A stretch of DNA of 64,000 nucleotides, taken from contig NC_092347.1 in assembly GCF_963676685.1 (NCBI RefSeq), positions 2,356,001 to 2,420,000 of the forward strand. The letters are read 5' to 3'. Below the pieces are notes generated by a model. That model did no database searches. It was given only the letters and a program-made list of their open reading frames with translations, and was not told the DNA's origin. This DNA is from Mytilus edulis. Its lineage: Eukaryota. The translations under genes were made by a program, and so were the position numbers. Position 1 is the stretch's first letter; each line of letters opens with the position of its first letter. Shown piece by piece: positions 39,525 through 53,136 of the stretch.

Positions 39525-39919
39525 TCTTAACATTATCCGTATTTTTTCTTTAAATCAACAAGAAAATGTAATACTGTCATTCCATGCTTGTTAAATCTGA
39601 GCATCAAAACATTTTCTCCTTGACATGTTAAATTATGAACTTTTTGATTTTTGAATATTGTTTCTCAAGATCTTTCAAGACTAATTCACAAAAGGTAATT
39701 CACCCATAAATCAAATAACCTATTTTCATTAAATTGACACTGCAAATATAAAATTATTATCATAATTCGTCCAGATTTTTGCCATTTCGTTATTAGATAT
39801 GTGTTATGTCACTTCCAATTGCTGAAATATCTCGCCTGCTTTACTGACCAAGATTATTTTATAATGTCAAGAGTCTAAAAGGAAAAGTTTTCCCACAAGT
39901 ATCACATGCAAATAACAGT

Positions 39920-40860
39920 ACCAATGATCCATGACAATGCGGTTAAGGTAGGGTAAACACTGCCTGACAGACTTGTATCCTCATTAAAATTTTCCATTCT
40001 CAATTCTATGTATACCTGACTATTATTCCATACACCAAATATATATAGTTTACCTATTGGTTACATTAGTACCAAAGAAACAGACATAACAAGGGAAACT
40101 TTACATTGACAGATAAATATTAAAAATGAGGTCACGGTCAGATGATGCTAACCAGACTAAATGTACACATAAACAATTATTCCATTCACGAAATAAAGTT
40201 GACCTATTGCTTATCAAAGTATAGAAAAAGGCTTACCTGTTAAACTGGAAAACGTAACATTGAGCAATGAACCATTAACAATTATAAAGGACGAGTGAAA
40301 TTTGCCAGACAGAGATGTACACCTTACAATCATTTCATAAACCAAATATAGTTGACATACTACTAAACACTATTTAAACAACAGACCAAAACACTAAAAA
40401 TAAATATTGCCCAACGAACCATGAAAATGAAACCAAGTTCAGATGAAACCTGATAGACTGACATGTATACCTTACAATTATTCCATATTCCACATGTAAA
40501 TTACCTGCAGCTTATAGTATAGTTATCAAAGGTTCCAGGATTATAATTTAATACGCCAGACGCGCGTTTCGTCTACATAAGACTCATCAGTGACGGTCAT
40601 ATCAAAACAGTATCTGCGAAACTAACCGAATCATGTAATTTTTTCATTGATCCTTGAAATAAGGTAAAAGTCAGTTGATCACTATCTGACAGAAATCATA
40701 ACACACGTTAAGACCTTACAAGGAAGCCATATACCAAATATAGTTCATCTTGTATTCATAAGTGAGAAACTCACTTGATAAACATAAAAATACCTTTTTT
40801 AAAAAGCAGTCGCTGAACCATGAAAATAAAGTCCAGGACAATGGACATATGAAGGACGAT
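39920..40860. repeat. Degenerate ~150-bp tandem repeats (bivalve satellite/Helentron-associated type)
   Basis: Recurrent ccatgaaaatgaggtca...accaaatatagttgacc; paralogous arrays at ~54180..54970, ~56860..57440 and ~62260..62850. Confidence 0.6.
40552..40598 (-). ncRNA. Type I hammerhead ribozyme (solo insert 40521..40608), intact
   Basis: cgtca-CTGATGA-gtcttatgtagac-GAAA-cgcgc-GTC-tggcg. Confidence 0.9.
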
Positions 40861-41169
40861 TTGGGCCAGGTTTAATTACAATACCCCTAGAAGAGAAGAT
40901 TTATGCAAAGATAATGGAATGATCCAAAATAATCAGGATAAGCCACTCTGACATTTTTGGTTTTATAAAAGCTGAATTGGACATGCCATAATATCAGAAC
41001 AGAAAAAAAGCACCAACACTAAAATACGATGTCTATACATCTAATTTAATTGTGGATGTAACGCGTCTTCTGATAGGCTGACTTTGTTATCTTATCAGCT
41101 CATAAATAGAATTTTGTCATGTGTTTTCATTGTTTAACCTGTTTAAAATGGAATTTAAAATTAAATTAT

Positions 41170-41322
41170 AAGAAATGACTGTAATATTTTTTTCTGTCTA
41201 TTCGAAAAAAACATAAAAAGTGTGGTGCACACTTTAAAATAACCCGCTACGCGGGTTATTCAGTGTGCACCAGTTTTTTGTGTTATTTCTTCATGGACAG
41301 AAATATTACAGTTATTCCTTAA
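41170..41322. repeat. ~150-bp palindromic element
   Basis: Centred on ataacccgctacgcgggttat with arms ggtgcacact/agtgtgcacc and actgtaatatt/aatattacagt; paralogue at ~57695..57842. Confidence 0.75.
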
Positions 41323-43627
41323 AAAATATATTAAAATACAGGTAAAGGCAGAAGATAATGTATCATATATTTCTACTATACTTTGACTGTTAAATTATAA
41401 AGTGTTATTAAATTACAATCATTGTTGTATGATCAGGTGTTTAATCTTTTGCTACTATTGAAAGAAATCTGGAGTGTGCATTCAGTTCTAAGGTCGTAGT
41501 AAGAATGGTAAAGTAAGTATACATTTGAATTTTTTAGACTGTCCCTCACTCTATTAGGTAGAACATTTTGTTCATCTAGCTGTCAGACTAATGGGACAAT
41601 GTCTATACCCTCTGCAAATGTGTAACGGATATATATTTATCTGTCAAACTGAAGGATCCTAATAAGTATGTTTTGACAGTTTTTTTTAATGACCTTGACA
41701 ACCAATGAGAGTCTTGCACGGTCAAAGTATCTATATAACTCTTGTGTAAAGGGGATATATTAAGCACCTTCATCTATAGAATCTAATGTGAACTGAATAA
41801 TAAAACATGAGTTTTTCACAACTAGTGCCATCATTTTAGAGACATGTCTTTTTCTAGGGTTAAATGATTTAATAACATCAATTGTTTGAACACGTAATTG
41901 ATGTTGTATCTTCTACTGAATATTCTTTCACCTTACTGTTTAATAAAACCATTGCATGTAAACAGTCTGTTACTATGTTTAAACTATATTTTGACAGGAA
42001 TAATTTCTGCTGAATGAAGGTTTTTTTCTGATAATAATTCAGTTAATGATCAAAATCTAGTCTGACAAATAGTCATGACCTGTGCAGTTATAAGTAAGGC
42101 TATTTCCCACAAGATAACGTGATTACCAGTATTTAGTTAATATCAGTCAATCAAGTTTATTTTTCTATGGCTTTTAATCTGTAGCATTTTGACTAAAACA
42201 ACCAAATTATTCATTGACTTTCAGATTACTTTGAAAAAATGTTTTGTGGAAAATAATTAAACTAACTTGATCATATTTAAATAATGTGATATTTACACAT
42301 TGGTAAGTTCATACTATGCGATAATTACTCAGTTGGCATCAACTTTTATCCTACAAGTAAATCTAAATTTTTCATAGAATTTAATTTGATTTGTAGATAC
42401 CACCAACGACTACTGTTCCAGCCAAATCCCTAAAACAAATTATTGTAAAGACGATTTCTCTGTCACGAAACTGCAACTTGGGCTGAAATCATTCAACTTG
42501 ACATAAATCTTGATAAACTTTGATTTCTAGAATATCTCTTCATTTAAAGATCTTATATTTAGTAAAACATATCAGGAATTACAATCCGTTTTTATAAGTT
42601 TCAGTGAGAAATGATCTAAAAGCATTGACCATGTTGATATTTTGAAATATTGAGCCTTATTTCCATAGCTTAAATTTCTTTCAAAAAGCGTTTAATTGTT
42701 GAAAATCAGTAGATATTGCCCAAAGATTAATGTTTTAAAAAAAAATAATTAACACTGAAATGTACAGTAATCTTTTTAAAAGAACGTCAAGTTTAGTAAA
42801 TGACTTCAAATTCAGATAATTGTTTGTTTATTCCATATTTCTTTCTACGTAATATTTTTCATTAACACCAAATGCACCTTTGTTTCTTAAACCCTGTTTA
42901 ACTATTGGTTTTTTGTTCGTCTATACCTCAAAACAATCTCCCTAATATTGACATGGAATAAATGCCTCTAACAGTTTTTTTTCCTTAATGAAAGTAATGC
43001 CAAGTTCATTTTATATAATGACATCAGGGTTTTTTAGGGGGCGTATAACTGCCAAGCGTCTATAAACTGTATTGTAACTATCAGAGTAAAAAGTAAACAA
43101 AGCATGTAAACATTGTGCTGTCATGTGACGTCCTTAGTCAGTGGTTGTCGTCAGTTAATCTTAAGGATTTTGTCATTTAGGGAATAACTTGCTGATGGCA
43201 AATCTTTGATAGTCTTTATAAAATTCTTTCACAACTTTACAACACTCAGCGTTATTTTGAGATGTTCACATATTGATGACGAAAGTACAAAAAAATTAGG
43301 AGATGTGTTATGATTGCAAATGAGTCTATTTATCCACCTGAGACCAAAAGACGAGGATGTTTACAACATTATGTCATAGATCCGCCTTTAGCGAAACCTC
43401 TTCTGTATAGTAAGTTGTAATAGGCATGACAAAATACAACTATTCAAAGATCTTTCTACAGTGTTTAATCAATCATCTTAAAGAAGAAATTTATTTTAAG
43501 GACAATAAGTTTACATGAAATTGTCCCTAAACCTATAGGCTTTAAAATAATGTCATTTGGTGTTCTGCACTATGGAATTTGTTTTTAGAGTACACGGGTT
43601 CTGAGCGGGTGTATCAGTCTGTCATTT

Positions 43628-43885
43628 TTTGTGATATAATTAAATATCAAAAATAAATCTGATGTCATTATAGGAATTGAACTTGATTAAGGAGAATGAA
43701 CTGTGAGAGACATTTATTCCATGTTCAGATTGTATTGGAGTAAAGACGAACAAATATATTTGTGATATATTTAAATATCAAAAATAAATCTGATGTCATT
43801 ATAGGAATTGAACTGGATTAAGGAGAATGAACTGTGAGAGACATTTATTCCATGTTCAGATTGTATTGGAGTAAAGACGAACAAA
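43628..43885. repeat. Tandem duplication of ~130 bp (2 copies)
   Basis: ttgtgatata...gtaaagacgaacaaa x2. Confidence 0.9.
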
Positions 43886-43903
43886 ACTTAAAGGAACACA
43901 GGC

Positions 43904-44177
43904 CTTAAGGTGGTACTAAACACCTTGGCCAAGATTAACTTGGCTCGTTTAATTTTCTTAAAATTTTGACAGCATATTTACTTTCACCCTTTGACAACAA
44001 TATAAAAATTTTAAAAAAACTTGAACCACATACATTCTCGGAAATATTTCATTTGATAAATAGCAGTTTGACACACCTTAATTTTGATCATTGAGAAGCT
44101 TACTATTCTTTTACAATAAAACTTCAATAAGTTGATTTTACAGAGTTATCTCCCTGTAGTGGCATGTACCACCTTTA
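43904..44177. mobile_element. Kolobok-like MITE
   Basis: ttaa-ggtggtac ... gtaccacc-ttta termini; decayed paralogues at ~60352..60590 and, inverted, ~49030..49255. Confidence 0.55.
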
Positions 44178-44327
44178 GAAACAAAGGTCTGTGATATTAA
44201 TCCAAGACATCTGTACATATAATAATAAGCATATCAAACAAGTTGTAAAAGTTATACACTGTTAGATTGAACAAATGGTAAATCATTATCCAAACAAATA
44301 TGACACAAAACACTGACACTTTATTGT

Positions 44328-44504
44328 CACCTGAGATCACCCCAGTTTTTGGTGGAGTTCGTGTTGCTTATTCTTAAGTTCTATATGTTGTGTCATGTGT
44401 ACTATTGTTTGTCTGTTTGTCTTTTTCATTTTTGGCCATGGTGTTGTCAGTTTATTTTCGATTTATGAGCTTGGCTGTCCCTCTGGTATCTTTCGTCCCT
44501 CTTT
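44328..44504 (+). mobile_element. PLE family 2 3' tail
   Basis: cacctgagatcacc...ctttcgtccctcttt. Confidence 0.8.
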
Positions 44505-45357
44505 ATTGAATAAGGTCTGTGCAGATAGTTTTTGATACATAAATGAAGCATTCCACTCAATTTAAGGTTATCACTATTATGAAACTAACAGTCCTTAATA
44601 AAAAAATAAATTAAAAAACATTTATTAGCATGACCAGTTATTTTATAAGTCATTGTTAAGTTAAGCCGGTACTTATCCATCAGAAGGTTATAATTATGGG
44701 ACAAAATCAGAACAAAGGTTACACTTCGGAACTCTATAAAAGGTATCAAAATCTATTCTGAACTCTATAAAAGGTATCAAAATCTATTCTGAACTCTATA
44801 AAAGGTATAATTAGTAGTCTGATTGGCAAATTATAGGTAGTCCTTTACAGCCATGTGATACTAAATAAATGTACACAATTCATGACTTTTTCGTCAATGT
44901 GTTGCCCTTTCAATGTCTTTTGGTAATTTGTGTTGATTGTTTGTTGTCTCATAACTGTTTTCTATAAATATCCCCTTTTTCATAAAACTGGGACCTAATT
45001 AAGGATCAATATGTACAAAAAAAACTGTATATATTGTTAAAGATTGTTATGTACTGCGAAGATGTTAATTTTGTTTTATTGTGTTAATATAAAGCTCTTT
45101 TCTTAATATATTTCTTTTTTCCTTCATTAAACTTACAAGCAAATAAAATACTGGCATTCCATGCTTGTTATATTTGAGCTTCAAAACATTTTCTCCTTGC
45201 TATATTCAATTATAAACGTTTTGGTTATTTATTCACAATATATATATATATATATATATATCTGTCAAGACTAATTCATATACAGTAATTCAACCATAGA
45301 TTAAATAACCTATTTTTACTTAAACAATTGACATAGAAAATAAGAAATTATTATCAT

Positions 45358-46247
45358 AAAATGGAGAATGGAAATTGGGAATGTGTCAAAGAGACAACAA
45401 CCCGACCATAGAATAGACAACATCAGCAGGTCACCAACAGGTCTTCAATGCAGCGAAAAATTCCTGCACCCGGAGGCGTCCTTCAGCTGGCCCCTAAACA
45501 AATATACAAAAATAAACCAATATACTTGTTCAGTGATAATGAACGCCATACTTAAAATTAAAAAAGACTAACAAAGGCCAGAGGCACCTGACTTGGAACA
45601 GGCGTAAACATGCGGCGGGGTTAAACATGTTTGTGAGATCTCAACCCTCCCCCTATACCTCTAACCAATGCAGGAAAGTAAACGCATAACAATACGCACA
45701 TTAAAATTCAGTTCAAGAGAAGTCCGAGTCTGATGTCATAAGATGTAACTAAAGAAAATAAAACGAAATGACAATAATACATAAATAACAACAGACTACT
45801 AGCAGTTAACTGACATGCCAGCTCCAGACTTCAATTAAACTGATTGAAAGACTATGTCTTCATCATATGAATATCATACACAATCCTTCCCGTTAGGGGT
45901 TTAGTATCATACCATCATAACATATATGAGAAGAGCATAACCCGTGTCATGCCAACAACTGGTGTTTAAATAAATGTGTTTAGTTCCGATGCAAAGACCC
46001 TCTAAGTGAATCAATATTAACGCCAAAATATGCAATCTTTAATGACCTGACAACAGTATCGTAACTATGTCCCTTCTTAATAAGTCTATTTAAAGGTTTG
46101 AGGTGAATACTGACATTTTTGTGCTTTATAAAGAATATTTCCATAAAAAATTGGATGTGAAATACCTAAACGTATAAGAAGTCTGCATATTGAGCTATAT
46201 TTACGAATAATGTCCTTATACCGATGATAACATTTATTAATGTTTTG
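45358..46247 (-). mobile_element. PLE family 1 3' fragment (RT C-terminus plus UTR)
   Basis: Colinear with 23580..24495. Confidence 0.9.
45863..45929 (-). promoter_or_regulatory. SECIS element copy
   Basis: ATGAT-ggtatgatact-AAA-cccctaacggga-aggattgtgta-TGAT. Confidence 0.7.
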
Positions 46248-46499
46248 CATACTTCATCTAAGTGTGTAGCTTGGTACGTTTTAAACACTAAATACCCAAG
46301 GAAAATCAAGGGGCCAGGTTTGATTGCATTACCCCCAGAAAAGACGATTTTGGGCAAAAAAATGGAATGATCTTAAATACTATGAATAAGCCACTCTGGC
46401 AATTTATGTCAGGTTTAAGAGCTAAATAGTTTATGCAATACTATCAGAATAGAAGAAAAAACATCAATACAAAAATGTCATGTATTTAAATGTAAACTA

Positions 46500-46768
46500 T
46501 TGAAAACAACGCGTTATTAATTTCATCCGAAGCGCTTTTCATCAGAAACGCTCAAAGCCAAACATTTGAAATCCGAAGCTGTATAAGTACCGAAACCGTT
46601 GAAGAGCTATATGTCAAAAATACCTAAAATAGATAGCCAAATTCTTCGAAAGCCAACTATGCCTGAGAGAGTTGAAACCTTAGTTTCTTGATAATTTTAA
46701 AATTTATAAACGGACAATTTTAGTAAAGTTTGTTAAATCATGTCAGTACGGAAATACTGACTACTGAG
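46500..46768 (-). mobile_element. Family-2 retrozyme fragment, hammerhead stem II deleted
   Basis: Minus strand gagcgttt-CTGATGA-aaagcgc-TTC-ggatg; colinear with 48085..48366. Confidence 0.65.
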
Positions 46769-46981
46769 CTAATAGATTTAAAAAAACTAGGTAAAAACAG
46801 AAATAAATTATGAAAATAATGTATAAATGATTTTAACCATATTTTGACAATCAGAATTATAAAGTACAATATTGTATGATCAGGTGTTAAAGATTTTGCT
46901 ACAATCGCAAAGAAATCTCCCCATCTGGAGTCTTTAATCAGTTTCAAGGTCTCAGTTAGAATGAAATAGTAAGTATACATA

Positions 46982-47630
46982 TGCATCGGAACTAAACATA
47001 TTTATTCTAAAAACAGTTGTTGGCATGACACGGGTTATGTTCTTCTCATATATGTTATGATGGTATGATACTAAACCCCTAACGGGAAGGATTGTGCCTG
47101 ATGTTCATATGATGAAATCATAATCTTTCAGTCAGTTTAATTGAAGTCTGGAGCTGGCATGTCAGTTAACTGCTAGTAGTCTGTTGTTATTTATGTATTA
47201 TTGTCATTTTGTTTATTTTCTTTGGTTACATCTTCTGACATCAGACTCGGACTTTTCTTGAACTGAATTTTAATGTGCGTATTGTTATGCGTTTACTTTT
47301 CTACATTGGTTAGAGGTATAGGGGGAGGGTTGAGATCTCACAAACATGTTTAACCCCGCCGCATTTTTGCGCCTGTCCCAAGTCAGGAGCCTCTGGCCTT
47401 TGTTAGTCTTGTATTATTTTAATTTTAGTTTCTTGTGTACAATTTGGAAATTAGTATGGCGTTCATTATCACTGGACTAGTATATATTTGTTTAGGGGCC
47501 AGCTGTAGGACGCCTCCGGGTGCGGGAATTTCTCGCTACATTGAAGACCTGTTGGTGACCCTCTGCTGTTGTTTTTTATTTGGTCGGTTTGTTGTCTCTT
47601 TGACACAGTCCCCATTTCCATTCTCAATTT
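46982..47630 (+). mobile_element. PLE family 1 3' UTR copy
   Basis: Starts at the last RT codons (catcggaactaa) and ends ctcaatttt; flanked by an atatg duplication; empty site at ~55470. Confidence 0.9.
47046..47112 (+). promoter_or_regulatory. SECIS element copy (best-paired)
   Basis: tcatat-atgtt-ATGAT-ggtatgatact-AAA-cccc-taac-ggg-a-aggattgtgcc-TGAT-gttc-atatga. Confidence 0.85.
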
Positions 47631-47744
47631 TATATGAACATTCAAACTGTCCCTTACTTTGGGACAATGTCTAGACCCCTTGCAATTGTGTAATAGGGAT
47701 ATATTAAGCTGTCAGACTAAATAATCCTAATTGTTATGTCTATA

Positions 47745-48021
47745 TAAAAAAAAAAGAACAAGAGGTATAATTGCCAATGAGACAACTCTCCACAAGAGAC
47801 CATTAAATTACCAAAGATTTAAAAAATTAACAATTATATGTCACCGTACGGCCTTCAAAAATGAGCAAAGCGCATACCACATAGTCAGCTATAAAAGGCC
47901 CCGAAATGACAATGTAAAACGATTCAAACGAGAAAACGGCCTTATTTATTTTAAAAAACGAACGAAAAACAAATACGTTACACATAAACAAACGACAACC
48001 ACTGATTTACAAGCTCCTGAC
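47745..48021 (-). mobile_element. Family-3 retroposon tail
   Basis: Matches 12958..13240. Confidence 0.7.
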
Positions 48022-48084
48022 TGTTTTTGTTTAATCACATTGACTTCAAATGAGGGTCTTGCACGGTCGCAGTTTGTCTATAAA

Positions 48085-48366
48085 AAATTGAAAACAACAC
48101 GTTAAATAATTTCTTGCGTCCGACGCGCTTTTCTGGATTTAGCTTCATCAGGAACGGTCAAAGCCAAACAATTGAAATCCGAAGATGTATAGCTACCGAA
48201 AACGTTGGAGAGCTATATGTCAAAAATTCCTAAAATAATTAGCCAGATTCATCTAAAGCCAACTTTGCCTGAGGGAGTTGAAACCGTAGTTTCTTAATAA
48301 TTTCGAAATTTATAAACGGACAATTTTAGTAAGGTTTGTTAAATCATGTACGTACCGAAGCACTGA
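48085..48366 (-). mobile_element. Family-2 retrozyme fragment with hammerhead motif (48115..48160)
   Basis: Minus strand cgttc-CTGATGA-agctaaatcca-GAAA-agcgc-GTC-ggacg; empty site at ~55755. Confidence 0.7.
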
Positions 48367-48419
48367 ATTTTGTGTAAAGGTGGTATATTTAATACCTACA
48401 TCATCATCAACGTCATAAG

Positions 48420-48928
48420 CATTCAATCTTTTGGACTATTTTCAATCTCGGTCTATTTCTGAAATTTATTCTTACATTCTTTTGATTTTTCAACCCTATT
48501 TGCTAACATTGCCTATGTAAATTTTAAAATTGTTTGTATTTTCTGACGTCAGACACACAAATCAATGAATGCGTTTGTAGATAGATATTTTAGTGTTCTG
48601 TTAAATTATTCCTTTTAAAATTGTTATACGATGATGACTGATATACCAATGCTTTTACTATTTTATTTATTGTGTCTGTTTAGTTAACGCTTCAATGTAA
48701 ATATAACGGAATTTGATGAGACTGTCATCAAAGTGAGAAGGTTAGCGCTATAAAACCAGGTTTAATCCACCATTTTCTACATTTGAAAATGCCTGTACCA
48801 AGTCAGGAATATGACAGTTCGTGTCCATTCGTTTTTGATGCGTTTTGTTATTTGATTTTGCCATGTGATTATGGACTTTCCGAATTGATTTTCCTCTAAG
48901 TTCAGTATTTTTATAATTTTACTTTTTA
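48420..48928 (+). mobile_element. Interspersed repeat (family 4)
   Basis: Matches 14335..14772. Confidence 0.65.
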
Positions 48929-49803
48929 AATGGTTAGGTTAGATAAGGAATTTTGTAACCACAAATTACCCTTACTAGACTCTTTCATTTATAGGAAGAT
49001 ATAGTATGGTGTTTGGCTAAACATGGCTACCACTACAAGGAGATAACTCTGTAAAATCAGCTTTACGTTTTGTTGACGTTGTATTGTTAAAGCAATAGTG
49101 AGCTTCTCAAAGATCAAAATTAAACTGCTATTTATCCAATGACAAATTTTTGAAATTTTTATATTGCTGTCAAAGGGTGAGAGGAAATTATTTGTCTAAA
49201 TGATTACACGTTGAACAAGCCAAATTTATTTTAGCCAATAAGTTTCCACCTTAAGCCCTGTGTAACTCTTAGTTTTGTTTGTCTATACTCCAATACAATC
49301 TCCCAAATTTTTACATGGAAAACACCCGCTCAGAATCATGCACACTCTAAAACAAATTTCTTCCTGTTGATCACCAAACGACCTTTTGTGTAAAGTCTAT
49401 GAGTTTAGGGACAATTCATGTCAACTTATTGGTCCTTATAATAAACTTCTTCTTTAAGATGATTGTTTAAATACTGAAGGAAGATCTTTGAAAAGTTATA
49501 TTTTGTCATGCTTATTACAACTTACTATATAGAAGAGGTTTTGCTAAAGGCATAACTATAACCTATTGTTGTAAACATCCTCGTCTTTGGGTCTCAGGTG
49601 GATAAATAGTCTCATTTGCAATCCTAACACATCTCCTTACTTTTTTGTACTTTCGTCATCAATATGTGAACATCTCAAAATAACCCCGAGTGTAGTAAAG
49701 TTGTGAATGAATTTTCTAAAGACTATCAATGATTTGCCATCAGCAAGTTATTCCCTAAATGACAAAATCATTAAACTGTACTGACGACAACCATTTACAA
49801 TTT
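48927..49803 (-). repeat. Inverted copy of ~59803..61184, lacking the retrozyme insert
   Basis: Both ends and the interior match the reverse complement. Confidence 0.85.
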
Positions 49804-51594
49804 CAATTACAAAATTGACCATGTTGATCTTTTGAAAGTTTAAAAGAAATAATTCAAAAACTGAAATTTGAAAATTTTGATTGCAATTACCATCTAAATA
49901 TTTACCTTTCACAGGACAACTCTAATAACATTTTGATAAATAAATTCGTAGCAAAACATTCGTAATAACAAAGTGGAAATGATAATCAGTAGAAATTGCC
50001 CCAAGATTAATGATTTGAAAAATAAATTGAAACTAAAATGTATAATTCACTTGTGTTTGTTTTGTTTTCAAAGAGTTTTATTTATCTGGTACTTTACACA
50101 CAGGAAGCTAGGATCAATGAACTGCTGCCAAAGAAACTCCTACAGAAATTTTTTAAGAGAAAGTCAATTTTAGTAAATGACTTCAAATTCAGATTAATGT
50201 TTGTTTATTCAATATTTCTTTCTTAATATTTTGTATCAACACCAAATGCCCGTTTGTGTCTTAAAGCCTGTGTATCTCTAATTTTTTAGTTCGTCTATAC
50301 TTCAAAACAACCTAATTTATATTGACATGGAATAAATGCCTCTAACATTTCATCTTCCTTAATGAATGTAATGCCAAGTTCATTTTATACAATGACATCA
50401 GTTTTTTTTGAAAGCGTATAACTGCCAAGCGTCCAAACTGTATTGTAACTAACAGAGTAAAAACTAACAAAAGCATGTTAACATTTTGCTGTCATGTTAC
50501 ATCCTTAGTCAGGAAAATTGTAAGTGGTTGTCGTCAGTACAGTTTAATGATTTTGTCATTTAGAGAATTACTTGCTGATGGCAAATCTTTGATAGTCTTT
50601 ATAAAATTCATTCACAACTTTACTACACTCAGTGTTATTACGATGTTCACATATTGATCACAAAAGTACAAAAAAGTAAGGAGATGTTCTATTATTGCCA
50701 ATCGGACTATTTATCCACCTGATACCAAAGACAAGGATGTTTTTAATTATATGTCATGGTACATGTACCGCCTTTATTAAAACCAATTCCGTATAGTAAG
50801 TTATAATAGCCATGACAAAAATTAAAATAATTCAAAGATCTTTCTACAGTGTTAAATCAATGACCCTAAAGAAGAAGTTTATTCTATGGTCCAATACGTT
50901 TATATGAATTGTTCCTTAACTTACAGGCTTTAAGAAACAAAAGGTCATATGGTGTTCTGCATAATGAAATTTGTTATAAGAGCGTAACTTTTTATCAAGG
51001 TAAACACTTTTTATGCAAATCTTTATTGCTTTGTAGTCATAGGTTGCGCGTTACGCATTGTCGACAAGGAAGAACAATGGTGATGAACATTTCGACAAAA
51101 GGTCATCCTAGAAAAAGCAAATTTTGAGATAAAAACGGCAAGTGACTGAAAAAAAGGCAAACAAAAAAGGCACGGGCGTTAATAAAAAAAAAAAGAGGGG
51201 CGGGCACTGCGCCCTTTTTAAACTTGGTAGCAGTTATATTCGTCTAGTAGTGTTTTGTGATAAACCAAAGATAAACCTGATGGCAGGATATAAAATGACC
51301 TTTAGAGGCATCTTATCCATGTAAATATTAGGGAGATTGAGTATAGACGACCTTATTTAAGAGCTACACAGACTTTGAGATACAAAAGGTCATTTGGTGT
51401 TAATCTGCAAGAAACTGTCAAAAATAATATTTCATACTTCCTCTTTGTAACAATGAACGAGTCTAGCTAGGGTAATTTGTGGTAACAAAATTCCTTATCT
51501 AATAATTATCCATAGAATAAAACAGATTAAGTTCGCCAAAATTCTAAGACATCTGTACAGATAATACAATTAGCAGGGAGTTAACAAACAATTT

Positions 51595-52240
51595 AGGGAA
51601 ATTACACACTGTAAGATGGGACAAAAGGTACACCAGTATCCAAACATGACACTTTAGGAAAGTTACACACTGTAATATGACACAAAAGGTACATCATTAT
51701 CCAAACATTACACTTTGGGAAAGTTACACACTTACTATGGCACAAAATGTACATCATTATCCAAACATGACACTTTGGGATATTTACACACTGTTATATG
51801 GCACAAAAGGTACATCATTAACCAAACATGACACTTTGGAAAAGTTACACTCTGTAATATGGCACAAAAGGTACATCATTATTCAAATATGACTCTTTGA
51901 GAAAGTTACACACTGTAATATGGCACAAAAGGTACACCATGACACTTTGGGAAAGTTACACACTGTAAGATGGAACAAAAGGTACACCAGTATCCAAACA
52001 TGACACTTTCGGAAAGTTACACACTGTAAGATGGGACAAAAGGTACACCAGTATCCAAACATGACACTTTAGGAAAGTTACACACTGTAAGATGGGACAA
52101 AAGGTACACCAGTATCCAAACATGACACTTTGGGAAAGTTACACACTGTAAGATGGGACAAAAGGTACACCAGTATCCAAACATGGCACTTTGAGAAAGT
52201 TACACACTGTAAGATGGGACAAAAGGTACACCAGTATCCT
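51595..52240. repeat. 61-bp minisatellite, ~10 copies
   Basis: Same unit family as 37092..38245. Confidence 0.95.
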
Positions 52241-53136
52241 AAGAAGACATGAATCATTGACATTTGAATAAGGTCTGTGTAGATTGTTTTCAATACATTA
52301 ATAAATTCTACCACTTGAATAAATGTTATTGCTATTACAAGTCTGGGATCTGATATTAACAGTCCTAAATCAAAATTGATTAACAAAATCTTATCAGAGT
52401 TACTGGGTTTTTTTTAGCATGACCTGTTCTTTTCTAAGTTATTGTTAAGTTAAACCAGTACGTATCCATCAGAAGGTTCTAATTATGGTCGAAAATCGGA
52501 ACGAAGGCCGCACTTCAGAACTTCAGAATTCTATAAAAGGTATCAATATCAATCCAGAATTGTATAGAAGGTATGGTTAGAAGTCTGATTGGCAAATATG
52601 GGTAGCCCTTTACGGCATTTTGTGAAAACAATGTACACGTAATTCATTACTTTTCCGTCAATGTATTGCCTCCTTAATGTCTTTTCGTTATTTGTGTTGA
52701 TTGCTTGTTGTCTCATAGATTATGTCCACTACATCTCGTTTTACTGAATCTAATTGATTAATTGATTGAGGATAAATATATACAAAACAAAATCTTGACT
52801 ATTGTTGAAGACTGTAATGCACATATGTCACTTTAATTTTATTGCGTTAATAGAAAGCTCCTTTCTTAACATATTCCGTTTTTCTTCTGTTAAATCAACA
52901 AGAAAATGTAATACTGTCATTCCATGCTTGTTAAATATGAGCATCAAAACATTTTCTCCTTCACATGTTAAATTATAAACTTTTTGATTTTTTAATATTG
53001 TTTCTCAATATCTTTCAAGACTTATTCACAAAAGGTAATTCACCCATAAATCAAATAACCTATTTTCATTAAATCAATTGACACCGCAAATATAAAATTA
53101 TTATCATAATTCGTCCAGGTTTTTACCATTTCGTTA

